Notes: generated from the sequence alone by a model not told the origin. 64,000 nt of DNA from Candidatus Woesearchaeota archaeon (GCA_964471255.1 CAYYFB010000002.1:42283-106282), one strand, 5' to 3'. Shown: positions 1 to 9,679, numbered from the stretch's first letter. Translations and numbers: made by a program.

Positions 1-2
1 TC

Positions 3-437
3 ATAGATAAAACACCAACATCTACGGGTATAAAGTCCTATGCAGATTGCAGGATTAGGATTGGAGTGGAAACTGCTGGAGATGCATTTAACGGCACAAT
101 CGACGAAGTCCGCATCTACAATAGAGCCCTGAGTAGAGAAGAAATAATAAATCTCTATGCCCCATTACAATTGTCCCTTCTTAACCCTGAAGATAAAGAA
201 GTAAATATTTCTGGAGCTTTCCTAACTTTAACTGGAGAAGAATACCATTGTTCCGGAAAGCTTATTGAAAACAAGACCTTCTTTGGTAATCCAAAAATAC
301 CTCCTAGAGGCACATCAGTAATAAAAATTAGTTTAGCAAGCTTTGGCTGTAAATCCCCTCCAACTGGAAAGACCTATAAGCTTTGTATCTATTTAGGAGG
401 AAAGGAAAGTTGTACATACTTCAACTATGTTACCTAA
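3..437 (+). CDS. C-terminal part of a LamG/concanavalin-like surface protein (5' end lies outside the window)
   Basis: The frame is open from the window edge. It carries the motif FNGTIDEVRIYNRALSREEI typical of LamG-domain proteins, and its Cys-containing tail (CSGKLI...C...C) parallels the full-length paralog at 24864..25949. Confidence 0.6.
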   Translation: MDKTPTSTGIKSYADCRIRIGVETAGDAFNGTIDEVRIYNRALSREEIINLYAPLQLSLLNPEDKEVNISGAFLTLTGEEYHCSGKLIENKTFFGNPKIPPRGTSVIKISLASFGCKSPPTGKTYKLCIYLGGKESCTYFNYVT

Positions 438-1572
438 AGAATTTAGAGAAAAAGTTATAGAAATAAAAGATCACTTAAGAAATTATTCTGAAGCCTTGGT
501 TGTTTTCCATGATGATGCAGATGGGTTATGTTCTGGAGCAATAATTAAGGAAACACTGGAGCGGGCTGGAATAAATGCAAAAATGGTTTGTTTAGAAAAA
601 ACATATCCATTCGCGCTCCAGAAAATCCATTCAGGGGAGGGAGGATTAATATTTTATTGTGACATTGGATCCGCTCATGCGGATTGGATTGGAAATTTCA
701 ACCGCTCCAGAAATCTAGTAATTATTCTAGATCATCATGATCCCACAGCTACTAAGGATCCAAAGGTTATAGATCTTAACCTAGAATATTGGGGATATAA
801 AGGAGAATCGGATTTTTCTGGAGCGGTAATTTGTTATCTTTTTTCAAAAATAATTTCGCCGGCTAATAAGGACCTATCTTATTTAGGGGTAATAGGGGCT
901 AGTGAATTGCCTGGAGGGTTTGTTGGATTTAATAAAGAAGTTTTAAAGGAAGCTAAAGAATTAGGTCTAATTACCCAGGATCTTTACATAAAAAAATTAG
1001 GAATGGATGTTAAGGAAGTTTTTTCTGTTTTGCAGGTTTTGGGGGCTGTGGGATATTACCAAGGCGGTCCAGAAATAGGAATAAAATTGATTCTGGAGGG
1101 GCCAAAAGAGTCTTATCTAAATTTTGCAAAAGAACTTAGGGAAAAAAGGAAAAAGCTTAATAAAATCTTACTAGGCAAATTAAGAGCTGGAGAGTTGAAA
1201 CAGGGAAAAATTATTCAATGGTTTGACGCTAAAGATTTATACAAAGGAATGGGTTCAAAAGTAATTGGCCAATTTTGCTCGTTTCTCTCTTACCAAAGAC
1301 TTGTCAATCCAAGGAAATATATACTAGGATTCATGAATCTTGAGGGATATTTGCCAGGGATTGGTAAGTTTGAAGAAAAGTATTCTAAGTTCTCTGTAAG
1401 AGTCCCAGTGTTTTTGAGGAAGCTTATTGAAGCTGGTAAAGCAAAAGATTGTGTCGAATTAGGAAAAGCAAGCTATAAATATGGTGGATTTATAGATGGT
1501 CACAAATTTGCAGCCAGCGGGATAGTAAAGAGAGAATTAATAGAAGCTTTTACAGAAGAAGTAGATAAATAG
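427..1572 (+). CDS. DHH-family phosphoesterase (RecJ-like)
   Basis: It has an N-terminal HDDADGLCSG motif, an ILDHHD (DHH) motif and a C-terminal GGFIDGHKFAASG (DHHA1-like) motif. Confidence 0.65.
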   Translation: MLPKEFREKVIEIKDHLRNYSEALVVFHDDADGLCSGAIIKETLERAGINAKMVCLEKTYPFALQKIHSGEGGLIFYCDIGSAHADWIGNFNRSRNLVIILDHHDPTATKDPKVIDLNLEYWGYKGESDFSGAVICYLFSKIISPANKDLSYLGVIGASELPGGFVGFNKEVLKEAKELGLITQDLYIKKLGMDVKEVFSVLQVLGAVGYYQGGPEIGIKLILEGPKESYLNFAKELREKRKKLNKILLGKLRAGELKQGKIIQWFDAKDLYKGMGSKVIGQFCSFLSYQRLVNPRKYILGFMNLEGYLPGIGKFEEKYSKFSVRVPVFLRKLIEAGKAKDCVELGKASYKYGGFIDGHKFAASGIVKRELIEAFTEEVDK

Positions 1573-1586
1573 CTCTGGAGCGGCCC

Positions 1587-2195
1587 TTAATCTTCAATTT
1601 CTATTATCTCCCCCTTCGGTCCAGGATTTATGACAAGGGTTTTACCCACTTTTACTTTTTTTCCAAAGGTTTCATGCATATGGCCACAAATTAAAATATC
1701 TGGTTGATATTTCTTAATAAATTCTACAAGTTTTTTATTTGCTTCAAATCCTAGAGTTAACTCTGGAATTTCTGGAGGCTCATGCACCAGCACTATTTTT
1801 ACTTTTTTATCCTTTATCTTCTCAAAATTTTCCCTCAGGCTTTCAAATATCTCCTCTTCACTTAAGAAATTAGGGCCAACCTTTGTAGCTCCTCCTACTC
1901 CTATTATACCAACATTTCCTAATATAAAATAGGATTTATGCACATTGTAAATCATTGGCCTATAAAGATTAACTAAAAAATCTATGGTCGGATTTGTCTC
2001 CTCATTACCTGGTATTAATATTATTCTCTTTCCACTTTTCTTAAGTTCTCCAACTATCCCTTCTAATTTAGTTTCTAAATGAGTTAAGTCTCCAGCTATA
2101 AGAATTGCATCAACATTTTCTTCCTTTGCTTTCTTAACAAGCTCCCTTATCCTCCCTAATTCACCATGCAAATCTGAGGCAACTAGAATTTTCAT
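1587..2195 (-). CDS. Calcineurin-like metallophosphoesterase (YfcE/MJ0936-like)
   Basis: Motifs are MKILVASDLHG, IAGDL, GNEE and GHMH. I moved the start to the ATG at 2195, because the tracked N-terminal 42 aa is a low-complexity overlap with the divergent gene. Confidence 0.65.
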   Translation of the reverse strand: MKILVASDLHGELGRIRELVKKAKEENVDAILIAGDLTHLETKLEGIVGELKKSGKRIILIPGNEETNPTIDFLVNLYRPMIYNVHKSYFILGNVGIIGVGGATKVGPNFLSEEEIFESLRENFEKIKDKKVKIVLVHEPPEIPELTLGFEANKKLVEFIKKYQPDILICGHMHETFGKKVKVGKTLVINPGPKGEIIEIED

Positions 2196-2205
2196 AATTA
2201 GGATT

Positions 2206-2700
2206 ATGGGAGGAAAGTTGATAGTCATTACCGGCTCTCCAGGAGTTGGAAAAACAACACTTGCAAAGGAACTGGAAAAACTTGGAGTTGGAAAAATGCT
2301 TCCTGAAGAAATAGTATCCAAATGTGTTGTTTCTTATGACCCTTACCTTGAAACGAAAGTAATAGACGAAAGAAAACTTGCTTCAGTTCTAAAAGAATTT
2401 CTTGACAAAAATGATGGAATTTATATATTTGCATCACATATTTCCCATTTTTCGCCAAAAGAATGCGTTCTATTATATATTCTGCTTACATGCGATCCAA
2501 ATGAATTAAAGAGAAGACTTGAAAAAAGAAAATTTGATTCTTTTAAAATAATGATGAATATTCTTAGCGAAGAATATGGAATAATTAAAAAAGAGCTTGA
2601 AGAAATGGGAATTCATTATCTGGAATTTAAAACTGATAAAAAATCTATAAAGGAAATTGCTGAAATTATTATGAAAAAAATTAGAACATTTTCTCCCTAA
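2206..2700 (+). CDS. Fap7/AK6-like P-loop nucleoside kinase/NTPase
   Basis: It has the P-loop ITGSPGVGKTTLAKEL and, at about 164 aa, the size and layout of archaeal adenylate-kinase-like Fap7. Confidence 0.55.
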   Translation: MGGKLIVITGSPGVGKTTLAKELEKLGVGKMLPEEIVSKCVVSYDPYLETKVIDERKLASVLKEFLDKNDGIYIFASHISHFSPKECVLLYILLTCDPNELKRRLEKRKFDSFKIMMNILSEEYGIIKKELEEMGIHYLEFKTDKKSIKEIAEIIMKKIRTFSP

Positions 2701-2707
2701 CTTAGTT

Positions 2708-3187
2708 ATGGGCAATTTTGAGATCCAGCCCTTAGCTCAATTCCAAGCCACCCTCGATGTATACTTGAACACCATCGTAATAACCCTCTGGGATATTCTA
2801 GAACACATCTCTTGGTACGGTTCTTTTATTTTAGAGAGAGAAGGAATAGAAAAAGGAGTTAAGGGCTATACTATACAAACTAGCTTATATGTATTTTCCT
2901 TAGAGAAAACCCTATCGGGTACTATCTCTTTAAGAATAGCACTTCGGGGCTCAGAGCAATATCGCACCCTTTTACTAGTTGCTGATCCTGAAAGTCAGAA
3001 ACTTAGGTTTTTCCCAGAGAATCTTAATTATCTTGCTCCCTACATCAAAACACTGGCGGAAAAAATAAAGAAGGTTTATAAAGATTTTAGAAAAGAATTA
3101 GCAAAGAGAAGACAGAATGCTTCTCTATCAAAGTCTCAAATTGCAGATAGAATAAGAAGGCTCGATAGCCTTCTTAAGAGAATATAG
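2708..3187 (+). CDS. Hypothetical protein
   Basis: It is an ORF of 159 aa in a compact gene context with no motif I recognise. Confidence 0.3.
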   Translation: MGNFEIQPLAQFQATLDVYLNTIVITLWDILEHISWYGSFILEREGIEKGVKGYTIQTSLYVFSLEKTLSGTISLRIALRGSEQYRTLLLVADPESQKLRFFPENLNYLAPYIKTLAEKIKKVYKDFRKELAKRRQNASLSKSQIADRIRRLDSLLKRI

Positions 3188-3208
3188 AAAAATATCCCTC
3201 CTATCATC

Positions 3209-5308
3209 ATGGGAGTACTACCAGATACTTCTGCAGTAATAGAGGGGGTTATATCTGATTTACTAAGAAAGGGAAAAATAAGGGGGCCAATAGTTATCCA
3301 TAGGGCTGTTGTTTCTGAGCTAAATCATCAGGCCAATCAAGGAAAAATAACTGGGATGCTTGGACTAGAGGAAATAAAAGAAATAAGGAAAATAGGAAAA
3401 ACACTAGGGGTAAAAGTAGAGATAGTTGGAGATTATCCTACTAAAAGAGAAATAGAACTTGCGAAAATGGGGGAGATAGATTTGCTCCTAATTGAATATG
3501 CTTTTAATAATAATCTTACTCTTATAACTTCCGATACAGTTCAAGCTAAAACAGCTGAGGCTATGGGGGTTAGGGTCTTCTATATAGAGCCAAAAGTAAT
3601 AAGAACGCTCGAATTTGAAAAGTATTTTGATGAGGAAACAATGAGTGTGCATCTAAAAGAAAATACTTACCCAACTGCTAAAAAAGGAACTCCAAAGAAG
3701 TGGAGGTTTGTTAAAATTTCCGATGAGATTATAAGTAAAGAGTATTTAGAAAAACTGTCCTATGATATAATAGAATTCGCAAAACAGGACCCCCTTTCTT
3801 TCGTAGAGATTGATAGGAAAACAACCACCATAGTTCAGCTTAGAAGCTATCGTATAATTATATGTAGACCCCCCTTCTCTAGCGGTTGGGAAATAACTAT
3901 TGTTAGACCAATCAAAAAACTTTCATTGCAGGATTATAATCTTCCTAGAAAACTGTTGGAAAGATTGGAGAAGAAAGCAGAAGGAATATTAATAGCTGGG
4001 CCTCCTGGAGCGGGAAAATGTGTTACTGGGGATACCCTCATACTTACTGAGCTAGGAAAAATACCAGCAGCAGATTTATATCAGATGGTAAAAAATGGAA
4101 AATCAATTAGAGTTATATCTGTAAGGATGAATAGAATAGAAAAACAAAAAATAAAAAAAGCCTTTTCAAGAAAAGCCAAGATTATAATAAAAATAACGAC
4201 ATCAGGGGGAAGGACTATCAAAGTAACTCCTGCTCATCCTTTATTACTAGGAAAATCTTCGGGAGTCGGTTGGTATAGAGCATCTCAAGCAAATGAAGGA
4301 GATATGATTGCTACATTCGGAGAGGATGAGTTTATTCCTGCCCACCCTTTGATAGCAAATCTTGTTGGAAATACCGGTGGGAAGTTTATTGAAAAATCAT
4401 TTCTTAGATCTAAGCTCGAAGAGATGCCTTTAAAAGATCTTGTAAAAAATAAGGACAAACTGCTTCTTTTAAATAGTCTCATTAGATGGGAGACTATAAA
4501 GAAAATAGAAAGATATGAAACTGAGGAGTTTGTTTACGATTTTGAGTGTGAAAGAGTTCATAATTTCATAGCCAACGGGGTAATTATTCATAACTCTACA
4601 TTTGCCCAAGCCTTGGCAGAATTTTATGCATCAAAAGGAAAAATAGTCAAAACTGTAGAATCCCCAAGAGATTTAAGTCTTCCAGCAGAAATAACACAGT
4701 ATTCAAAAGATTATGGAGATTCAAAAGAGATTCATGATATTTTACTCCTCTCCAGGCCTGACTATACAATATTTGATGAAATGAGAGATGATGATGATTT
4801 TAAGTTGTATATTGACATGAGACTTGCGGGTGTAGGAATGGTAGGCGTGATACATGCTTCCTCCCCTATAGATGCTATTCAAAGATTTATAAGAAGAGCT
4901 GAATTAGGACAAATCCCAAGTATAATAGATACCACAATTTTCATAGAAGGAGGGGAAGTAAGTAAAGTTTATTCTCTCAATTTAACTGTAAAATTGCCAA
5001 CCGGCCTGAAAGATAGGGAACTAACACGACCAGTAATAGAGGTCAGAAACTTTCTTACCAATGAGCTAGAATACGAAATCTACAAATTTGGAGAAGAAAC
5101 TGTTGTTGTTCCAGTACGCAGGTTAAAATCAGAGGCACTATGGAGATTAATGGAAGAATTTGGAATAAAGGAATGGGAAGAAAGAAATGGAAGGATAATT
5201 ATAAAAGTAAATAGAGATGAACTAAAAAGAGTAAGGAAGAGTTTAAGACGCCTCTCCAGAATTCTTAAGAAAAGATTTAAAAGAGAGATAATAGTGGAGG
5301 TAGTATAA
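3209..5308 (+). CDS. PIN-domain + P-loop ATPase + C-terminal KH-like protein (PilT-family, COG1855-type), interrupted by an intein
   Basis: The N-terminus is PIN-like. The Walker A GPPGAGK is followed directly by an intein, and the extein resumes with STFAQ, restoring GPPGAGKST. A Walker B-like IFDEMRD follows. Confidence 0.75.
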   Translation: MGVLPDTSAVIEGVISDLLRKGKIRGPIVIHRAVVSELNHQANQGKITGMLGLEEIKEIRKIGKTLGVKVEIVGDYPTKREIELAKMGEIDLLLIEYAFNNNLTLITSDTVQAKTAEAMGVRVFYIEPKVIRTLEFEKYFDEETMSVHLKENTYPTAKKGTPKKWRFVKISDEIISKEYLEKLSYDIIEFAKQDPLSFVEIDRKTTTIVQLRSYRIIICRPPFSSGWEITIVRPIKKLSLQDYNLPRKLLERLEKKAEGILIAGPPGAGKCVTGDTLILTELGKIPAADLYQMVKNGKSIRVISVRMNRIEKQKIKKAFSRKAKIIIKITTSGGRTIKVTPAHPLLLGKSSGVGWYRASQANEGDMIATFGEDEFIPAHPLIANLVGNTGGKFIEKSFLRSKLEEMPLKDLVKNKDKLLLLNSLIRWETIKKIERYETEEFVYDFECERVHNFIANGVIIHNSTFAQALAEFYASKGKIVKTVESPRDLSLPAEITQYSKDYGDSKEIHDILLLSRPDYTIFDEMRDDDDFKLYIDMRLAGVGMVGVIHASSPIDAIQRFIRRAELGQIPSIIDTTIFIEGGEVSKVYSLNLTVKLPTGLKDRELTRPVIEVRNFLTNELEYEIYKFGEETVVVPVRRLKSEALWRLMEEFGIKEWEERNGRIIIKVNRDELKRVRKSLRRLSRILKKRFKREIIVEVV
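4019..4594 (+). mobile_element. Mini-intein (192 aa) inserted in the P-loop of the PIN/KH ATPase
   Basis: Block A is CVTGDTLI, block B is TPAHPLL (TxxH), block F is VYDFECERVHNFIANG, and block G is VIIHN followed by +1 Ser. It is in frame with both exteins. Confidence 0.8.
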
Positions 5309-5895
5309 TGGAAGAAGAACTCTTAGTCCCCTTGGAAAAATATTTGCTAAGTGGAATCCATATAGGCACCAAAATCAAAACAAAATTTACTGAGCCATTC
5401 ATATTTAGAATAAGACATGACGGTCTCACTATTTTAAATATTGAGGAAATTGATAGGAGATTAAGGATAGCTGCCAATTTTTTATCCAGGTTCGAGGCTT
5501 CTGAGATTGCAGTGGTAGGAAGGAGAATGAGTGCAAGAAAGCCAATTCTAATGTTCTGTAAAGCTACTGGAGCGGTTCCTTTTGTGGATAGATACCTTCC
5601 TGGCACTTTTACTAATCCTGAATATGAATGGTACTTTAATCCATCTGTAGTTCTCATCAATGATCCTTGGGTAGATAGAGTAGCTCTTAATGATGCTTTT
5701 AAAGCTGGGATCCCAATAGTGGCCCTTGTAGCTACTAGTAATGTTCTTTGTAAGGTAGATTTAGCTATTCCATGTAATAATAGAGGGAGGAGGTCTCTTG
5801 CTCTTATATACTGGATTTTAGCTCGGGAGTATCTAAAGAGAAGAGGAATCACAGAGGAATTCACTATTCCCGTAGAAGAATTTATTACAAAATAA
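5308..5895 (+). CDS. rps2: 30S ribosomal protein uS2
   Basis: The sequence LLSGIHIGTKIKTKF...RHDGLTILNIEEIDRRLRIAANFL is typical of archaeal S2. Confidence 0.85.
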   Translation: MEEELLVPLEKYLLSGIHIGTKIKTKFTEPFIFRIRHDGLTILNIEEIDRRLRIAANFLSRFEASEIAVVGRRMSARKPILMFCKATGAVPFVDRYLPGTFTNPEYEWYFNPSVVLINDPWVDRVALNDAFKAGIPIVALVATSNVLCKVDLAIPCNNRGRRSLALIYWILAREYLKRRGITEEFTIPVEEFITK

Positions 5896-6413
5896 TGAAA
5901 ATAATATTTTTCGAGCCTTTTCCCTCAACCTATCAAGAGATAATACTAGCTTTTCTCAAAAAAGAATTTTCAAAGAAGTTTGGTATTAATTTAAAGGAAA
6001 TAATATATGAAACTGCCCCAGAAGGGAGTTGGAATAAAGAGAGGAAACAATATAGTTCTGAAAAGATTTTGGACCATCTAATAAAAAAGCATAGGTTTTC
6101 ATTTTTTTCCTTTATAGATTCAGACCTTTACGTAGAGGGACTAAACTTTGTGTTTGGAGTTGCTATCCCTTTTAGAGGATTTATACTTTCTACTTTTAGA
6201 CTTAAGGGGGAACTATTCTTAAGCAGATTAAAGAAAGAAATTTATCATGAGTTTGGTCATGTTTGCGGTCTTTCCCATTGTAAACCTCCATGCGTGATGT
6301 CTTTTAGTAATTCTATAAAAGAAGTTGATAGAAAATCAGAATTCTATTGTGAAAAATGTTTGAGAAAATTATTAAAAAATATAGCTTTAATGAAAAAGTA
6401 TTCTATTTTATGA
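5895..6413 (+). CDS. amzA: Archaemetzincin (zinc metalloprotease)
   Basis: It carries the signature HEFGHVCGLSHCKPPCVMSF plus a distal CEKC, matching HExxHxxGxxxCxxxxCxM...CxxC. Confidence 0.8.
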   Translation: MKIIFFEPFPSTYQEIILAFLKKEFSKKFGINLKEIIYETAPEGSWNKERKQYSSEKILDHLIKKHRFSFFSFIDSDLYVEGLNFVFGVAIPFRGFILSTFRLKGELFLSRLKKEIYHEFGHVCGLSHCKPPCVMSFSNSIKEVDRKSEFYCEKCLRKLLKNIALMKKYSIL

Positions 6414-7258
6414 AAAGAAAACCTGTAGTTGCTGGGAGTTTTTACCCATCTAATCCGGAGAGGCTAAAAGAGATGATAGAATATTGTTTTTCTCATAAAT
6501 TAGGCCCAAAGGAATTTAGAACGAGATCGGAGGTTGTCGGAGGAATTGCTCCTCATGCTGGCTATGTTTACTCAGGGCCCTGTGCTGCCTGGTTTTATTC
6601 CACACTTAAAGAGAATAAGACCTTCATAATAGTCGGACCAAAGCATACAGGATATGGTACTCCTATTTCTATACTAACAAGAGGCGAATGGGAAACCCCT
6701 CTTGGAACAGCGGAGATAGATAGCGAAATTGCATCATATCTAAGAGATACCTGCCCCCTCCTTAAAGAAGATTGGGATTCTCACACTTATGAGCATTCTA
6801 TAGAAGTGCACCTCCCATTTCTTCAATATTTATTTGAAGAAGTGAAGTTTATTCCTATTGTAATAGACTCTTTCTTTTTTGACCCAAAATATACCAAAAA
6901 AATAGGCTCCAGCATTAAGAAAGCTAAAGAGGAATTCGAAGACATTATAGTTATAGCATCTTCAGATATGACCCACTATGGGCCTTGGTACGGATATTAT
7001 CCTTTCGGATTAGGAAAAAATGCTTTAGAAAAAGTGAAAGAACTTGATCTTAAACTTCTTTCTTTTGCAGAGAAGTGTGATATAGATGGGTTCTGGAGGT
7101 TCTATGTAGAAAACCATATGAGTGTTTGCGGAGCCGGACCAATAATTGTATTATTAGCATATAGTGAAAAGGAAGGAGAAGTATTGAAATATTACACATC
7201 AGCAGAAGTAACTGGAGATTATGAGAACTTTGTTGGATATGCTTCTCTAGTTTTTTAA
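6410..7258 (+). CDS. MEMO1-family protein (AmmeMemoRadiSam system protein B-like)
   Basis: It begins KPVVAGSFYPSNPERL and contains GIAPHAGYVYSG. The start was moved to the ATG at 6410, which overlaps the amzA stop (ATGA). Confidence 0.7.
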   Translation: MKRKPVVAGSFYPSNPERLKEMIEYCFSHKLGPKEFRTRSEVVGGIAPHAGYVYSGPCAAWFYSTLKENKTFIIVGPKHTGYGTPISILTRGEWETPLGTAEIDSEIASYLRDTCPLLKEDWDSHTYEHSIEVHLPFLQYLFEEVKFIPIVIDSFFFDPKYTKKIGSSIKKAKEEFEDIIVIASSDMTHYGPWYGYYPFGLGKNALEKVKELDLKLLSFAEKCDIDGFWRFYVENHMSVCGAGPIIVLLAYSEKEGEVLKYYTSAEVTGDYENFVGYASLVF

Positions 7259-8211
7259 GATTCTAATTTTTCTATTTCTTCTTCCAATCCTAACGCTTCT
7301 ACTATCTCTTTGTATCTATTTCTCACAGTTACTTCTGTTACATTTGCAGCATTCGCTACTTCTCTCTGAGTTCTTTTTTCATTGCAATAAAGACTAGCTA
7401 TATATACAGCAGCTGCTGCAACTCCTATAGGGCCTTTTCCAAATATTGCCCCAGCTTCCTCTGCTTTATCTATTATTTCTTTAGCTTTATCAATAACCTT
7501 CTCAGATAATCCAAGACTATTCGCTATTCTCTCAATGAAATCCCTAGGATCTACAGGTATCATTTTGATCCCAAGTTCCCTTAGTATAAATTTGTAGACC
7601 TTCCCTATTTCTTTCTTGGTAACCTTTATACTTTTACTTAAGTCCTCAATAGCTTTTGCCATCTCATCCAGAGTTTTTGGTATTCTATACATCCTACAAG
7701 CTGCATAAAGTACAGCAGCTGCTGCACTATGGATGCTCCTACCTCTTATTAATTTCCTTTTTGCGGCCATCTTGTAAAGTTTAACTGCCTCATCTCTCAC
7801 ATATTCGGGCAATTCTAGTATTTCAGCTATCCTTCCTATTTCCATTAATGCATACTTAATATTTCTCTCCCAAGCTGAATCCAACCTCTGTTCCCAACTG
7901 CTTATCTTCATAAACTCCTCCCTGATTCTTCTAGGAAGTTTTGTTATGTCAGACTTGTCTATCTTTGATTCTGCCTGCCTTGCATGGATAGGAGTTGTTA
8001 TTGAATCTCCACCCCTTCTTTTGAGGAAATCTTCCCCTTCAAATTCCCTCCACTCTCTAGTATGAAAGGCCACATCGGGCACTTCAAATGTTAAACCACA
8101 CTCCAGACAATAGGCTTCTCCTCTTGAATAATCAAAGATTATTTTAACTGATCCGCAATCAGGACACCTTAATTTTATTCTTTCCTTTGCCTTTTCTTTT
8201 TTTCTTCCCAT
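7255..8211 (-). CDS. tfb: Transcription initiation factor IIB (TFB)
   Basis: It has the N-terminal zinc ribbon CPDCGS...CLECG and two cyclin-like repeats. Confidence 0.9.
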   Translation of the reverse strand: MGRKKEKAKERIKLRCPDCGSVKIIFDYSRGEAYCLECGLTFEVPDVAFHTREWREFEGEDFLKRRGGDSITTPIHARQAESKIDKSDITKLPRRIREEFMKISSWEQRLDSAWERNIKYALMEIGRIAEILELPEYVRDEAVKLYKMAAKRKLIRGRSIHSAAAAVLYAACRMYRIPKTLDEMAKAIEDLSKSIKVTKKEIGKVYKFILRELGIKMIPVDPRDFIERIANSLGLSEKVIDKAKEIIDKAEEAGAIFGKGPIGVAAAAVYIASLYCNEKRTQREVANAANVTEVTVRNRYKEIVEALGLEEEIEKLES

Positions 8212-8212
8212 G

Positions 8213-8593
8213 TTATTTCACAAGTATCGCATTTACAACTCCATCTTGGCCGGGTCTCGATGTTACTTTCACTTTTCCTATCTCTGTTTCTAGGATGGCC
8301 CCTTTTGTTATTATACCCAACCTAGGAAAGTGTTTATTTGCAGGATTCTCAAGGACTCTCAAGATTTTTACTTTTTTACACCTCTTTTCCTCAGGGATGT
8401 AAACATTAGCATATTCACACGCGAGAAGCCTAACTTTCTTATTTCCTCCCATACATCTGATAATCTTGTTTTTTTGTTCTCCAATTTTTGTTAAGGCGGG
8501 CTCTCTTCCCATCTCTCTTTTCCTTTTATCTCTAAGTTTCCTATACTTGCCTCCAGAAATTTTCCTTCTTGATCTAAACTGCCATATAGCCAT
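8213..8593 (-). CDS. rps8e: 30S ribosomal protein eS8
   Basis: It begins [32 protein letters not shown]. Confidence 0.85.
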   Translation of the reverse strand: MAIWQFRSRRKISGGKYRKLRDKRKREMGREPALTKIGEQKNKIIRCMGGNKKVRLLACEYANVYIPEEKRCKKVKILRVLENPANKHFPRLGIITKGAILETEIGKVKVTSRPGQDGVVNAILVK

Positions 8594-8667
8594 ACTTATC
8601 TATTTAACTATTTCGACGTGCTCCCTTTTTAAGCTTTACTATATTAAAAAACAAAAAAGGCCAAAGA

Positions 8668-8934
8668 TTAAAAATAAAGCCAGCGCTTCTTAACAGCCCT
8701 ATCAAAGACTATCCAGTTATCATACCATTCTTTATTTCTCTCTTTGAGCTCTTTTAGTACCATTTCTCTTAACTCATTTGTATGCACTTCTTCTTTGTCT
8801 TTGATTCTTTCTTCAATTTTCCTAGCTATCTCTCTGGCAACATCTGGAGGGGCTCCAGCTTTTATCATTGAAACTACTAGTTTTTCTGGTATGAATTCCT
8901 CAATACGGCCATCTCTTTTCCTAACCTTTACCAT
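8668..8934 (-). CDS. ATP-cone domain protein
   Basis: The opening VKVRKRDGRIEEFIPEKLVVSMIKAG resembles an ATP-cone opening. Confidence 0.5.
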   Translation of the reverse strand: MVKVRKRDGRIEEFIPEKLVVSMIKAGAPPDVAREIARKIEERIKDKEEVHTNELREMVLKELKERNKEWYDNWIVFDRAVKKRWLYF

Positions 8935-9670
8935 GGGTTTTTTTCTTAAATTTCTCTAAAAGTCTTTTTGCATCTTCTCGCATGTAGATATTATTAAAAA
9001 GAATATAAGAGTCTCTTTTATATTCTTTGAATTTCTTATAGATGAGCTCTATTTCTTTATCAGAATACTTATATCTATAATTTATTCTTCCTTTTTCTAT
9101 CTTTCCGTGTAACCTTACGTAAAGCGGATTGGTAAGTACATAGGGATCTTCTCTTAGTGGATCAAATACTTGAATTAGCTCTAGTTTCTTACATATTTTC
9201 CCAACCGTCCTGTGATCCCAACCTCTTAACTCTAGAGCTAGAAAAAGGCCTTCCCTCTCAATATTATTGAAAAAATTTTCTATTCTTCCTATATTTTCCT
9301 CATTTTCTTTGAAAGAAGGAGGAAGTTGAAAAACAAAAACTTTTGAACCAAGAATTGAACCTATTTTAACCATTTTGCTCCAGAAATCCTTTGTCAAGTT
9401 ATTTAAAGAGAGAAATCCAACTCTGTCTTTTACTTTTTGAAGATCTACGCTTTTGCATCTTCTCCAGGTAGGGGAAGAAGGAGGATGGGTAAGACCCTGA
9501 AACACTTTTAGAGTGAATTCAAATTCTGGAGGGGCTTTCTCTCTCCATTTTTTAGCCCTCTTTTCCGTAATAAGATTATAAAATGTTTCTTGTACTTCAA
9601 CTACCTCAAACTCTTTAAAATACTTATCCATTGCCATAGGAAAACCACAACAACCTATTTTTATCCTCAT
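8921..9670 (-). CDS. DUF72 (YecE-like) family protein
   Basis: It begins MRIKIGCCGFPMAMDKYFKEFEVVEVQETFY, with DUF72-like length and layout. Confidence 0.65.
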   Translation of the reverse strand: MRIKIGCCGFPMAMDKYFKEFEVVEVQETFYNLITEKRAKKWREKAPPEFEFTLKVFQGLTHPPSSPTWRRCKSVDLQKVKDRVGFLSLNNLTKDFWSKMVKIGSILGSKVFVFQLPPSFKENEENIGRIENFFNNIEREGLFLALELRGWDHRTVGKICKKLELIQVFDPLREDPYVLTNPLYVRLHGKIEKGRINYRYKYSDKEIELIYKKFKEYKRDSYILFNNIYMREDAKRLLEKFKKKTHGKG

Positions 9671-9679
9671 ATTCTACTA

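Noticed and set aside
1587-2321. Several tracked ORFs have long N-terminal extensions: 1587..2321, 6356..7258, 54315..55352 and 34549..34776.
   Set aside because: The extensions overlap neighbouring genes and are low complexity. Internal ATGs give proteins that begin at the conserved N-terminal motifs.
5277-5864. A 195-aa ORF lies antisense to rps2. Similar long antisense ORFs lie over mcm (60099..60458, 61290..61727) and over other genes (e.g. 10445..10792, 14561..14941, 44716..45066).
   Set aside because: These are shadow ORFs on the opposite strand of strongly supported genes. Their sequences are low-complexity and Ser/Leu/Phe-rich with no motifs, as expected in AT-rich DNA with few antisense stops.
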